Shown here: in pieces, positions 22,871 to 34,335 of the stretch
Position numbering within the stretch: position 1 is the first letter of the stretch
Layout: each line of letters begins with the position of its first letter
Assembly: GCA_963798205.1 (NCBI GenBank)
Contig: CAWCSK010000003.1
Location: forward strand, 10,360 to 74,359
Length of the DNA stretch: 64,000 nt
Direction of reading: 5' to 3'
Source: an uncultured Methanosarcinales archaeon
GTDB lineage: Archaea; Halobacteriota; Methanosarcinia; Methanotrichales; Methanotrichaceae
Program-made: the position numbers and the translations under genes
The notes under the pieces: generated by a model
Told to the model about the DNA's origin: nothing
Database searches by the model: none
The model's input: the letters and a program-made list of their open reading frames with translations, nothing else

Positions 22871-23427
22871 ATGGAATTAGATGCGTGCATAATGGGAAGG
22901 AGAAGCATACGCAGCTATAAGGACAAAGCTGTGCCAAGAGACGTCGTCAACAAGATATTGTCTGCCGGATCTTGGGCGCCTTCGGGCATGAACGGCCAGC
23001 CATGGCGATTCACAATCGTTGAGAATAGAGAGATCATCAACAAGCTGTCCCGCAGGACAAAAGAGCTGGTGACCGTGAAAATGCCACTTCCTGAGAACCT
23101 CCAGGCGGCATTCAAATCGGATAAGGATGTGGTCTTCTACGGCGCGCCGTTCTTATTTTCATCAGTGTCCTGAAGAATGAGGAATGGAGAACAGTGAACC
23201 TGCTGGACTGCGGCCTGGCCGCACAGAACATGTTCCTGGCTGCCTACCAGGCAGGTTTGGGCAGCTGTTTCATCGGTTTTGCCGCCTTCCTGAACCAGGA
23301 TCCAAAGGCATTGGCGGAGATTGGGATACCTGAGGACCATGAACTGGTCGCACCGCTCATATTCGGCTATCCGAACGAGACGCCTGTTTCCAAATCCAGA
23401 GAAGCTAAGGTGCTGAAGTGGATTTAA
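22871..23427 (+). CDS. Nitroreductase family protein (frameshifted)
   Basis: GRRSIRSY, APSGMNGQPWRF, DCGLAAQNMFLAAYQAGLGSCFIG. Confidence 0.9.
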
Positions 23428-23671
23428 GGCGGAAGCTGGCTCATTTGTGCATGGTCATCTTCGCATCTTCCTTTTTTATATTTGCTCCTAAAATTCCAAG
23501 AAGTTCCCCCCAAAAAAGGAGAATGACGAATGAGCACGATTCTGGAAAATCGATCCAGAATTCTCACCGAAAACTGCTTTATAAGCTGTAGGTTAAAAAA
23601 AATTTGGTTAAGCATCGAACTTGGTTGAGAACTGAATCAACTTTGAAGGTCGAGTCGCAACAGTCAGAGAT

Positions 23672-23698
23672 GAAACCCGGAGAGTGCTCCTGGGTTTC
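23672..23698. terminator. Hairpin downstream of convergent genes
   Basis: gaaacccggag-agtg-ctcctgggtttc imperfect inverted repeat. Confidence 0.45.
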
Positions 23699-23739
23699 TA
23701 ATTGACTCATGCATCTCGATAGCTCTTAATGGCAGAATC

Positions 23740-23922
23740 TTATCCGAAGATCTTCTGGAGCTCTTTCAAGAAATCCAGCTTGGCCTGCACTTTCTTTATC
23801 TTAAAATCCAATTTGGCTTTTATGAACATCTTCTTCTTGTCTTCGCTCATATGTTCCCAAAAGCCCTTCATGCCTTCCATTTCGTGTTTATCGGATCCTT
23901 CAGACTCTTTTCCATACATCAT
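23740..23922 (-). CDS. Small coiled-coil hypothetical protein
   Basis: 60-aa ORF preceded by a GAGGTG RBS. Confidence 0.65.
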   Translation of the reverse strand: MMYGKESEGSDKHEMEGMKGFWEHMSEDKKKMFIKAKLDFKIKKVQAKLDFLKELQKIFG

Positions 23923-24448
23923 ATTTCACACCTCGCTTCGTATCCAATTTTTATCAGATACAATCCAATAAGTCGTCTATGAATTTATAACTTTTGGCAT
24001 CTGCATTTATAGATACTATAAGATGCCGTATCTGCCAGAAAAAGCCCTGTAATCTGAAAAACATCTGAAATTCGCACATTCATTCCCAGACAGATACAGG
24101 TCAACCGCTCCCTGCAGCATAGTGCGGTTGCTGCAACGATTCCCAGGCGAATACATAACCAAAACCAATCTTCAGGCAATAGCTCGGATATACGTCTATG
24201 TCGTTGATTATGTGATTGTTCAAAGGTACTTTATACTTTAAACGGATACATAATATGATTGTCAATACAAAAGAGCGCATAGTTCGCCAGCAATTACTGG
24301 TGACCGGCACAGCAAATCCGGGAAAGTCCCGGGACACTGCAGCCTGAATCGATTTCGTATACTGTAGTATTGAGATGCCCCTATGGCTTAAGCCATCCCG
24401 CAACGAGGAAGCATGCACAGGGTATTGCGAAATCAACCAACATTTTGA

Positions 24449-25861
<1,413 letters not shown>

Positions 25862-25865
<4 letters not shown>

Positions 25866-26248
25866 ACCTGCGAATCTTTCTTCCCACGGAAATCGTCATC
25901 GACCAGGAAGTGACGAAGGTAGTTGCCGAGGCCGAAGATGGTTCCTTTGGCATACTTCCGAAGCACATCGATTTTGTCGCAGCTCTGGCTCCCGGGATAT
26001 TTTCTTTTGAAGGCAGAGAAGGAGAGGTTTTTCTGGCCATCGACGAAGGCATTCTGGTAAAATGCGGCAATGACGTCTGGGTATCCACGAGGAAAGCGGT
26101 GCTGGGCAAGAGTCTGGGCGAGCTGAAAGAGACCGTGGAACACGAATTTCGCTTACTGGATGATCGGGAAAGGAAGACTCGTTCCATTCTGGCAAAATTA
26201 GAGGCGGATTTCACCAAGCGATTTATGAATATGCAAGAGACGGGATGA
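25862..26248 (+). CDS. atpC: N-ATPase epsilon subunit
   Basis: GSFGILPKHIDFVAAL; coupled to atpD. Confidence 0.92.
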
Positions 26249-26276
26249 ATTGGGAGACGGGAGATCGAGTAGAGAA

Positions 26277-26621
26277 ATGGCAAAGCTGAATGGAGCGGAC
26301 GAAGGCGAATTTGCAGAGAAGATCGGCTCGAGAGAAGAGCGCAAAATGTTAGCCCGCCGGAACAGGTCCAAAGGCGTCTGGTTTGGCCTGGGAATGATGG
26401 GCATGATCGGCTGGTCGGTGGCCGTTCCCACGCTGATTGGTGTTGCTATTGGAATCTGGCTGGATATCAGGTATCCCGGGCATATCTCCTGGACGATCAC
26501 CTTCCTGTTTGCGGGTCTTGCAGTTGGGTGTTTTAATGCCTGGTATTGGGTTGAGAAAGAGAGGAAGAAAATTGATGGATATTACGAAGAGAGCCGCGAG
26601 AACGGACCTGAGGGGAAGTGA
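26277..26621 (+). CDS. atpQ: N-ATPase AtpQ (AtpZ/AtpI family)
   Basis: VWFGLGMMGMIGWSVAVPTLIG...GCFNAWYWV. Confidence 0.88.
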   Translation: MAKLNGADEGEFAEKIGSREERKMLARRNRSKGVWFGLGMMGMIGWSVAVPTLIGVAIGIWLDIRYPGHISWTITFLFAGLAVGCFNAWYWVEKERKKIDGYYEESRENGPEGK

Positions 26622-26626
26622 AAGCG

Positions 26627-26917
26627 ATGAATGAATCCATAAATATGGCTCTCAGTCTGGCATCAGGCATCTTTTTAGGGATTTTCTATTTTGGCGGGCT
26701 CTGGCTGACACTGAAGCGTCTTTCGCAATCACGGCAGCCGGCCCTTTTGACTCTCGCCAGTTTTCTGATGCGATCATGATTATGCCTCTTTGGCTTTTAC
26801 CTCGTCGCAGGTCACGGCCTGGAAGCATTGGCCTTCTGCCTGGCAGGATTCATAGCATTGAAGTTTGCGTTGATTTATCGCATGAATTCACCCCATAGAG
26901 AGGTGGGTCGATGGTAG
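26627..26917 (+). pseudogene. atpR: N-ATPase AtpR with an in-frame TGA at codon 51
   Basis: Manual translation LGIFYFGGLWLTLKRL...SFLMRS*LCLFGFY...; the same frame continues to a TAG at 26915. Confidence 0.75.
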
Positions 26918-27611
26918 AGCTGAGTCCTGATGAGGTGGTATTCTGGCAATGGGATTTGTTACCATCAATGAGACCATAGTCTTCACATGGTTGGTAATGG
27001 CATTGCTCGTCATTTTCGGCTGGCTGGCTGCCCGACATCTGTCGATGGATCCGCCCCTTTCGCGCTCGCAAAACCTCTTCGAGACTCTCATAACCTACAT
27101 GCAAAGCCAGATAAGAGAAATTGCCCAGATGAGTCCAGATCGATATTTGCCCTTCTCTGGAACTCTATTTCTCTTTATTTCTGTCGCCAATTTGCTGGAC
27201 ATCATCCCTGGTTATCGTACTCCTACCAGCTCTCTTTCCACAACGGCAGCGCTGGCGATCTCTGTCTTCTTTGCCGTTCCTATTTACGGAATCGCTCAGT
27301 CGGGCTTTGTCGGCTATCTCAAACATTACATGGAGCCGACACCCTTGATGTTTCCGTTCCATGTTATCGGAGAGTTTTCCCGCACATTGGCCCTGGCCGT
27401 AAGGCTATTTGGGAATATGATGAGCGAGACCATGTTGATCGCGATCCTTCTCACCATTGCACCTCTATTTCTGCCTGTGCTTCTGGAATTGCTCGGGCTT
27501 CTTATCGGTCAGGTGCAGGCATACATCTTCGCGGTCCTGGCCACCGTGTACATCGTCTCGGCGAGCACAAATGAAGGAAAAATCGAAAAAAGTTCTGAGG
27601 GAGGAATTTGA
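26911..27611 (+). CDS. atpB: N-ATPase F0 subunit a (frameshift near the 5' end)
   Basis: MVELSPDEVVFWQ start; SRTLALAVRLFGNM; QVQAYIFAVLA. Confidence 0.93.
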
Positions 27612-27612
27612 T

Positions 27613-27891
27613 ATGGCTGTTGATATGACAAGTGTTGATACGGTCGCCATGGCGTCCATTATTGTAGCCGGTTTGACCATGGCCATCGGTTCGATCGGCC
27701 CGGCTATAGGTGAAGGCTGGGCCCTGTCCCGGGCTTTGAGCGCTATTGCTCAGCAGCCCGACGAGGCAAATAACATAACCCGAACTCTATTTGTCGGTCT
27801 GGCGATGGTAGAATCGATTGCGATCTACTGCTTTGTAATATCTATTATATTGATCTTCGCCAATCCCTTCTGGAGCTATGTAGCAAAATAG
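27613..27891 (+). CDS. atpE: N-ATPase F0 subunit c
   Basis: GSIGPAIGEG, AQQPDE, GLAMVESIAIY, FANPFW. Confidence 0.94.
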   Translation: MAVDMTSVDTVAMASIIVAGLTMAIGSIGPAIGEGWALSRALSAIAQQPDEANNITRTLFVGLAMVESIAIYCFVISIILIFANPFWSYVAK

Positions 27892-27900
27892 GAGGTCAAT

Positions 27901-28668
27901 GTGCAGATCGACTATTTCACAATATTCGCTCAAATCATTAACTTTCTAATACTGGTCTTCTTGCTCCGGCATTTCCTTTACGGGCCGGTAACTAAATTGA
28001 TGGAAGAGCGAGAGCAGAAAATAGTCTCTCGACTTCAGGAGGTCGAAAAAAAGAAGCGCGAAGCAGAGCAAGAGTTGGAATCTTACCGCAAAATGTCACA
28101 GGAGTTATCAAATAAACGCGAAGAAATGCTGGCCGAAGCCGCCAGAGAGGCACAGGTCTTAGAGGCCGATCTGATGAAAAAAGCGCGTGAGGAAGTTTCG
28201 GCGAGCAGCGCCAATTGGTATCGGGATTTGCAGGCCCAAGAGGGCAACACTGCTCGAAGATCTGAACCGGCGTGCTGGCATAGGAGATATTCGCTATCGT
28301 TCGCCGCGCTCTTCAAGATCTCGCCAATGAGGATCTGGAACGCCAGATCATAGATCTCTTCCTCAAACGTTTGCAGAATATTGATAAATCGGAAAGTGAG
28401 ATGATCTCAGGAATTTTATAAAAATATCGATCAAGAGATCACGGTGAGGAGCAGCTTTGCTATCAATGAGGAGATGCGCCGGAAGATCCAGGAGACTGTT
28501 CGCGATCAAACCGGCATCGACGCGATTATTCAGTATGAGATCGCTCCGGAGTTGATCTGCGGTGTGGAGATGGACTCCCATGGCACAAGAGTCGCCTGGA
28601 GCATTGCCGGTTATCTGAATACTCTGCAATCAGATCTGTCCGAAGTGCTAACGAAAAGAAATGACTGA
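27901..28668 (+). CDS. atpF: N-ATPase b subunit with delta-like C-terminal extension (frameshifted)
   Basis: IDYFTIFAQIINFLILVFLLRHFLYGP; C-terminal PELICGVE...VAWSIAGYL. Confidence 0.9.
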
Positions 28669-28691
28669 TAGTCGACGGAGGGCGCTGAGTA

Positions 28692-30248
28692 ATGGTGAAG
28701 GACGAAAATAAGAAACTTCAGGATACGAATGCCGGCAACTTTGCAGCTATCAGTCAAAGACTGGAAGGCTTTCAGCCTCAGCTCCGGTTTGAAGAGATCG
28801 GGACTGTATCCTTTGTTGGCAACGGCATAGCTCGCATAAAGGGTTTGTTGCATGTAAAGTCAGAGGAGCTCATCAGATTTCCCGGGGAGAAGTTCGCCAT
28901 AGCCTTCAACCTTGATCCTGAAGAGGTCGCAGTTGTCATGCTGGACAAAGGCGTTGAGATCAAAGCCGGACAGGAGGTGCGCCGGACCGGAAGGGTCATG
29001 GATGTGCCTGTGGGCGAAGAGCTTCTGGGAAGAGTGGTAGATGCTACCGGCTGGCCGCTTGACGGAGGAAAACCAATCATCGGTTCAGAAAGACGACCCA
29101 TAGAGCGTGTTGCACCCGGTATTATGGACAGAGCTCCTGTTGAGGTTCCTCTTCAGACCGGAATCCTGGCAGTAGATTCCATGATCCCTATTGGCCGAGG
29201 CCAGCGTGAATTGATACTGGGCGATCGTCAAATCGGCAAGACCGCCATTGCCCTTGATGCAATAATCAATCAGAAAGAAAAGGGGCTGGTTTGTGTCTAC
29301 TGCGCGATAGGGCAGCAAAAGTCTGCCGTCGCCAGAGTGATCGCACAGTTGCGTAAATATGAAGCCATGAATAATTGCATCGTGGTCGTTTCCACAGGAG
29401 AGGACACCCCCGGTTTGAATTTCATTGCACCATACTCCGCCACTACCATGGCCGAGTACTTCATGGAAAAAGGGCGCGACGTTCTGATTGTATATGATGA
29501 TTTAACCCATCATGCCAATTCCTATCGTGAACTTTCTCTGCTTTTGCGAAGGCCTCCGGGCAGAGAGGCCTTTCCCGGAGACATATTTTACATTCATTCT
29601 CGTCTCCTGGAAAGGTCCACACACCTTAAGAGCGGTGGGTCTCTCACGGCGTTGCCCATTATTGAGACTGAAGCGCAGGACATTTCCTCCTATATTCCTA
29701 CCAATCTTATCTCTATTACCGATGGCCAAATCTATCTCTCCCCAAAGCTGTTCGAAGATGGCGTTTTGCCTGCCGTTGATGTGGGCAAATCGGTCTCACG
29801 TGTGGGAGGAAAGAGCCAGCTTCCAGCGTACCGTGATGTCAGCGGCAATCTGCGCCTCTCTTACTCACAGTTTGAGGAGCTGGAGACATTTGCACGGTTC
29901 GGCACCAGGCTTGATGCGGAAACTCAAAAGACTCTCGAACATGGTCGGCATATTCGTGAGGTATTACTGCAGCCCCAGTTCGAACCAATTCAGGCGCCTG
30001 AGCAGGTCGCCATTCTTCTGGCGACGATCGCGGGCGTCCTGGACGGGGTCCCTCTGGATGAAGTTGCCTCTGTGAAAAAGAAAATAATAAAAACATTTTC
30101 CGAAAGGTTGCCTGAATTGCATAAGCGGATTCAATCCTCCGAGAAGCTCACGCCTGAGGATCGGGATATGCTCTTGAATATGTCTCGAAGCTTTCTAAAT
30201 GTGGAACGTAACCCTGGGAAAGATACCACGGAAATCTCGATGAAATGA
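28692..30248 (+). CDS. atpA: N-type F1 ATPase alpha subunit
   Basis: [42 protein letters not shown]. Confidence 0.96.
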   Translation: MVKDENKKLQDTNAGNFAAISQRLEGFQPQLRFEEIGTVSFVGNGIARIKGLLHVKSEELIRFPGEKFAIAFNLDPEEVAVVMLDKGVEIKAGQEVRRTGRVMDVPVGEELLGRVVDATGWPLDGGKPIIGSERRPIERVAPGIMDRAPVEVPLQTGILAVDSMIPIGRGQRELILGDRQIGKTAIALDAIINQKEKGLVCVYCAIGQQKSAVARVIAQLRKYEAMNNCIVVVSTGEDTPGLNFIAPYSATTMAEYFMEKGRDVLIVYDDLTHHANSYRELSLLLRRPPGREAFPGDIFYIHSRLLERSTHLKSGGSLTALPIIETEAQDISSYIPTNLISITDGQIYLSPKLFEDGVLPAVDVGKSVSRVGGKSQLPAYRDVSGNLRLSYSQFEELETFARFGTRLDAETQKTLEHGRHIREVLLQPQFEPIQAPEQVAILLATIAGVLDGVPLDEVASVKKKIIKTFSERLPELHKRIQSSEKLTPEDRDMLLNMSRSFLNVERNPGKDTTEISMK

Positions 30249-30268
30249 CTGCAAGATAGAGGGAATGA

Positions 30269-31163
30269 ATGGAAGAGCTGGAAAGCCTGAAAAGAAAGAT
30301 CAAAAATGCCGAAGATTTGCAGTCGGTTGTAAAGATTATGAAGACGATATCGGCGTCCAACATTCGAGAGTACGAAAAGGCAGTCGAATCGCTCAATGAG
30401 TACAATAAAACCATTGAGATGGGGCTTCAAATCGTAATGATGAATAAGCCTGATGAATTTCAACTCACAAAATCCCAAACCGTAAGAACGGGTCTGGTTG
30501 CCGTGGTCTTTGGTTCCGACCAGGGGCTATGCGGCAGTTTCAATGATCAGATCGCGAATTATGTAATCGATAAACTTAAAGGGATCGAGAATGAAACGCG
30601 TTCGGTCCTTGCCGTTGGAGAGCGCGTTATCTCTCGTCTGGAAGAAGCAGGACTGCCTATTGATGCCCATTTTTCATTCTTTGGAACTCCTCAGGGCATA
30701 ACGCAGGTTATGCTGGATGTGCTGGTTGAATTAGAGGAATGGCGAATGAACAAAGGAGTGGATCAGATCGTCCTTTTCTACAATAAACCCGGTCCGGATG
30801 CCGCTTTTCGTCCTCATATGGTCTACTCTCTTCCCGCTGGATATGGGTTGGCTACGGGCCCTGGCTGAGAAGAAGTGGCCCTGTCGTACATTGCCTACAT
30901 TCTCCATGGACGCAGATAAGCTCTTCTCAACACTAGTGCGCCATTATCTATTTTTCTCACTCTACCGCGCTTTCGTCGAATCGCTTGCAAGCGAGAATGC
31001 CAGCAGATTGGCATCCATGCAGGCGGCAGAAAAAAATATAGAAGAACATCTGGAAGAGCTAAGTGCTCAATTTCATAGACGGCGTCAGGCGGCTATCACT
31101 TCAGAACTGCTCGATGTCGTAACGGGATTTGAGGCCATAACCGGCGAAGATCACCGGATTTAG
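30269..31163 (+). CDS. atpG: N-type F1 ATPase gamma subunit (frameshifted)
   Basis: LQSVVKIMK, GSDQGLCGSFN, SENASRLASMQAA, RQAAITSEL. Confidence 0.93.
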
Positions 31164-31294
31164 CATGAAAATGGCTCCTGACTCTCCACGGGTCTCGCAC
31201 TGAATCCGGTTCCTCCTCTCGGACGGGGGGCCCAATGGCGGCCTCTATAATTGGTCTTGTGGCATCAAACCCATCCGTTAGGAAGCATGGCGGC

Positions 31295-32029
31295 CTAATC
31301 GCCTCTCTCTGCCATTTTCTTCATCCAATCGTGTGCAAATATTTCAGCGTCTCCATTCTCGATGCCTTCCAGTATCTTTTGCGCTATATATTCTGCCGTA
31401 TCCGCTGGAGTTGGACTATCTCCTGGCAGCCAGTCTTCGCCTTGTGGATCTTTGATCGTGTTTTTTCCGAAATTGGTGAGAGTAATGAACGGATACACCA
31501 CACCGACAATAATATTATCCTCCTTCAGCTCTTCACGCGCGGTCAGGCTGAGACCTGCCAGCGCACGTTTCGAAGACGAATACACGCCGAGGTTCGGCAA
31601 ATGCATAAGAGCAGTCCCGGAGCTAATGTTGATAATTGCACCATGTCCTTGTCTTCTCATAATAGGAACGACCTGCTGCATGGCAATGAGTGGTCCCGTC
31701 AGGTTCAGATCGAAGATATGATGGAATATATCAAGATTGGTTTTTTCAAGGGAGGAATAATACCCTTGACCGGCGTTATTGACCAGGATATCGATCCGCC
31801 CAAAATGAGCCATCGTTTGTTCCACCATTCTCTTGATCTCATTGGGCTTTGTCATATCGGCAGGAATCGCTATTGATTCGGGAAGCTCTTTTGAGAGTGC
31901 CTCCAACTTCTCTTTTGATCGGGAAATAAGTGCGAGTTTTGCGCCTCGTTCTGTGAGAAGTTTTGCCGTGGCAAGGCCGATTCCTGATGAGGCTCCGGTT
32001 ACAACCACTATCTTATTCTTAACATCCAT
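31295..32029 (-). CDS. Short-chain dehydrogenase/reductase
   Basis: TGASSGIG, NNAG, YSSSK. Confidence 0.92.
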   Translation of the reverse strand: MDVKNKIVVVTGASSGIGLATAKLLTERGAKLALISRSKEKLEALSKELPESIAIPADMTKPNEIKRMVEQTMAHFGRIDILVNNAGQGYYSSLEKTNLDIFHHIFDLNLTGPLIAMQQVVPIMRRQGHGAIINISSGTALMHLPNLGVYSSSKRALAGLSLTAREELKEDNIIVGVVYPFITLTNFGKNTIKDPQGEDWLPGDSPTPADTAEYIAQKILEGIENGDAEIFAHDWMKKMAERGD

Positions 32030-32418
32030 AAAATTCACTTCTGTCCTTCAATAATACGTCATAATAATTCTTAAACTAAACGGTTTGTGGCTCTCGTTTG
32101 CCAAATGGCAGCCTGGGCCTAGCCGGAAACAACTTCTGCTCGTCAAGTCCTGGAGCCGCTGAGTTCAACATGGAACAAATGGTCAGGATCTTTCTTCAAC
32201 GTCGAGAGCCTATCTGGAGACTTTTTTTAGTGAAGAAATTTTGCAATGATCGCTGTCCTTGAAAGCCATATTATGTTTCTCACTTTGTACCATAATTCGC
32301 AATATGTGTCATAAAAGGCTTATATGTACATGCCAAACAGCCATGTACAGAACAAGTGTGACTTCATTCGATGCATAACCCTGCATTGGGTGAATGCGAA
32401 AAATCGGAGGTAAGGGCA

Positions 32419-32595
32419 ATGAGTGAAAGTGAGGCACTGATTCAAAGGCGTGAGCTGCTCTTAGAGAGAATCTCGAAGATGAACTATGAAATCGAAAAAA
32501 TTGACCAGCGCATGGCTTCTTTACAGGGGATCGCGGGGTCTGGGCTCGTCGATTTATTTCAGACACAGGAGCGGTTAGCAGAGGAGGTGTCCTGA
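32419..32595 (+). CDS. Small coiled-coil hypothetical protein
   Basis: GGAGG RBS, then MSESEALIQRRELLLERISK... Confidence 0.55.
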   Translation: MSESEALIQRRELLLERISKMNYEIEKIDQRMASLQGIAGSGLVDLFQTQERLAEEVS

Positions 32596-32931
32596 TTGAA
32601 TTCGTTGTCGATTAATGAGATAGATAAATTTGCATCTCGTCGAGGCGCACATAAAGCGGATGTGGAATATTTCTTGAATACGGTTGGACAGGCCGGCACA
32701 GAAGAAGGCGCTCTCATGAACCTCTACTACGATGCGCGTCTCTTCAGCTGGAATATTTCGACGATAAGGGCTATCGAGGCAGGCATTAAGTCAGCTTACG
32801 ATGAAGGCGCGGAAGTCGGAGCGCATGTAGTGGAAAAGGCAATTGAGACTCCTCTGCCCGGGGGAGCTTACTCGCTTTGGCCGCAAATGAGCTACAAGGC
32901 TCAGGCAGAAGTGTCTTCGCTCGTTAGTTGA
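32596..32931 (+). CDS. Hypothetical protein
   Basis: TTG start with a GAGGAGGTG RBS; 111 aa. Confidence 0.6.
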   Translation: MNSLSINEIDKFASRRGAHKADVEYFLNTVGQAGTEEGALMNLYYDARLFSWNISTIRAIEAGIKSAYDEGAEVGAHVVEKAIETPLPGGAYSLWPQMSYKAQAEVSSLVS

Positions 32932-33203
32932 CACAGGTCTGCCCTCTAACTTCCTTTATATTTTCGTGTCTTCGCTTTACTTCATTCAGTCCCGCTGAAG
33001 GCACCTTTCCGTTTCCATCCAGATGGGGTCCAATCACGTGTTTGATTGTTTGCCTTAAAAAATATTTGCAGTTCAGGGTCGGTCTGGAGGTCGAGGCCAT
33101 ATTATTATTGATTGGGGGCTCCGAATATGTCGCGGGCAGAGTCGTGGGAAATTGAATGAAATCGCAGGATGCCGCATGTGCATGCCCCTATCGCCAACGC
33201 CTG

Positions 33204-33626
33204 TCACTCGCCCGCCCCCACCTCGGCTGCCGCCTCTTCGTCCTCCTTTTCTTCCTCCAGCGGCTCTTCGAGGCCTTCGAATGCTTTCTTCAACAGGCCA
33301 ATCGCAAAATCGATGACAGCCCGGCCACGCTGGTCGGGACCTGCATCCTCATCGAGCAGATCTTCATAGAACTCTTTAGTCACTTCCTCGTAATCATCAT
33401 CTGTGTACTCCAGGTCGCTACTATCTTTTATCTCCTCCTGTAGCATGATCGTGGCATCTTCCAGGAGAGCGCGGTCTTCCTTGGTGGGAGTGCCCAACTC
33501 GAGTTTGGTAAAACAGCTGTCGAGCGCCTGCATGCGATCGTAATCATTGGCTCCCAGGATATCGTTAATATCTCTCTTCCTCGAAGCAACTTCGTCCTCA
33601 TTTTGTATTTCATCATTTTTCAGCAT
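33204..33626 (-). CDS. Highly acidic hypothetical protein
   Basis: 140-aa D/E-rich ORF. Confidence 0.65.
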   Translation of the reverse strand: MLKNDEIQNEDEVASRKRDINDILGANDYDRMQALDSCFTKLELGTPTKEDRALLEDATIMLQEEIKDSSDLEYTDDDYEEVTKEFYEDLLDEDAGPDQRGRAVIDFAIGLLKKAFEGLEEPLEEEKEDEEAAAEVGAGE

Positions 33627-34335
33627 CTTTCAATCACTTCCTTCTCTTTAGAGCCTCTATTGTCAATCGCACTTCGCCGGGATTGTTTTCCTCCAGGAGA
33701 ATCTCAATAGGATCACGTTGTTTCATACCTCATTATTATCTATCCATCTTGCTCAGCCTCGTGTGCCCGCAAGCGTATGTGAAGGCGAAAGCTAGCGATT
33801 CTTGTCACATTTGTACCCACATCAAGACTCACAATCGCCATCCGATTTCTGAAAGTCTCAAATCCTCAATTCTTGATTGTGGATTTTCGTTCCCATATAG
33901 GCCAATACGTCATAAGATGCTGGATACGGCTTCAGGCATTTGCAAGACCGCAAAGCTCCGATGAGACGACTTTATGTTCCTGGAGATCTCCGGTTGCGTA
34001 CCTTAACGATAGGCATTCATTTTATAAGAATATTATGAGATCACGATCCAGGATCACTACTCCAACCATAAGGAGAATTATCTCTTGCCAACGATTGTTT
34101 TCCTTCGACTGGTATTATGGGACTTTGTTGATGAGAGAATATGGGCGGCTTCATTGTGTTGCTAGCTGAACCGTAAAGTCATGAAAAAAATCCAAGCCTG
34201 AATAATTCTTTTTTCAGGGAACGAAGTGGATTCAAAAAATTCCACTAATTTTGCCTTATCTTGCACCTATCGATTCATTTTAATGAATGAAAATATATAA
34301 AAGCTAACTTCGGGAAAACCTCGCGACTACGGCCA

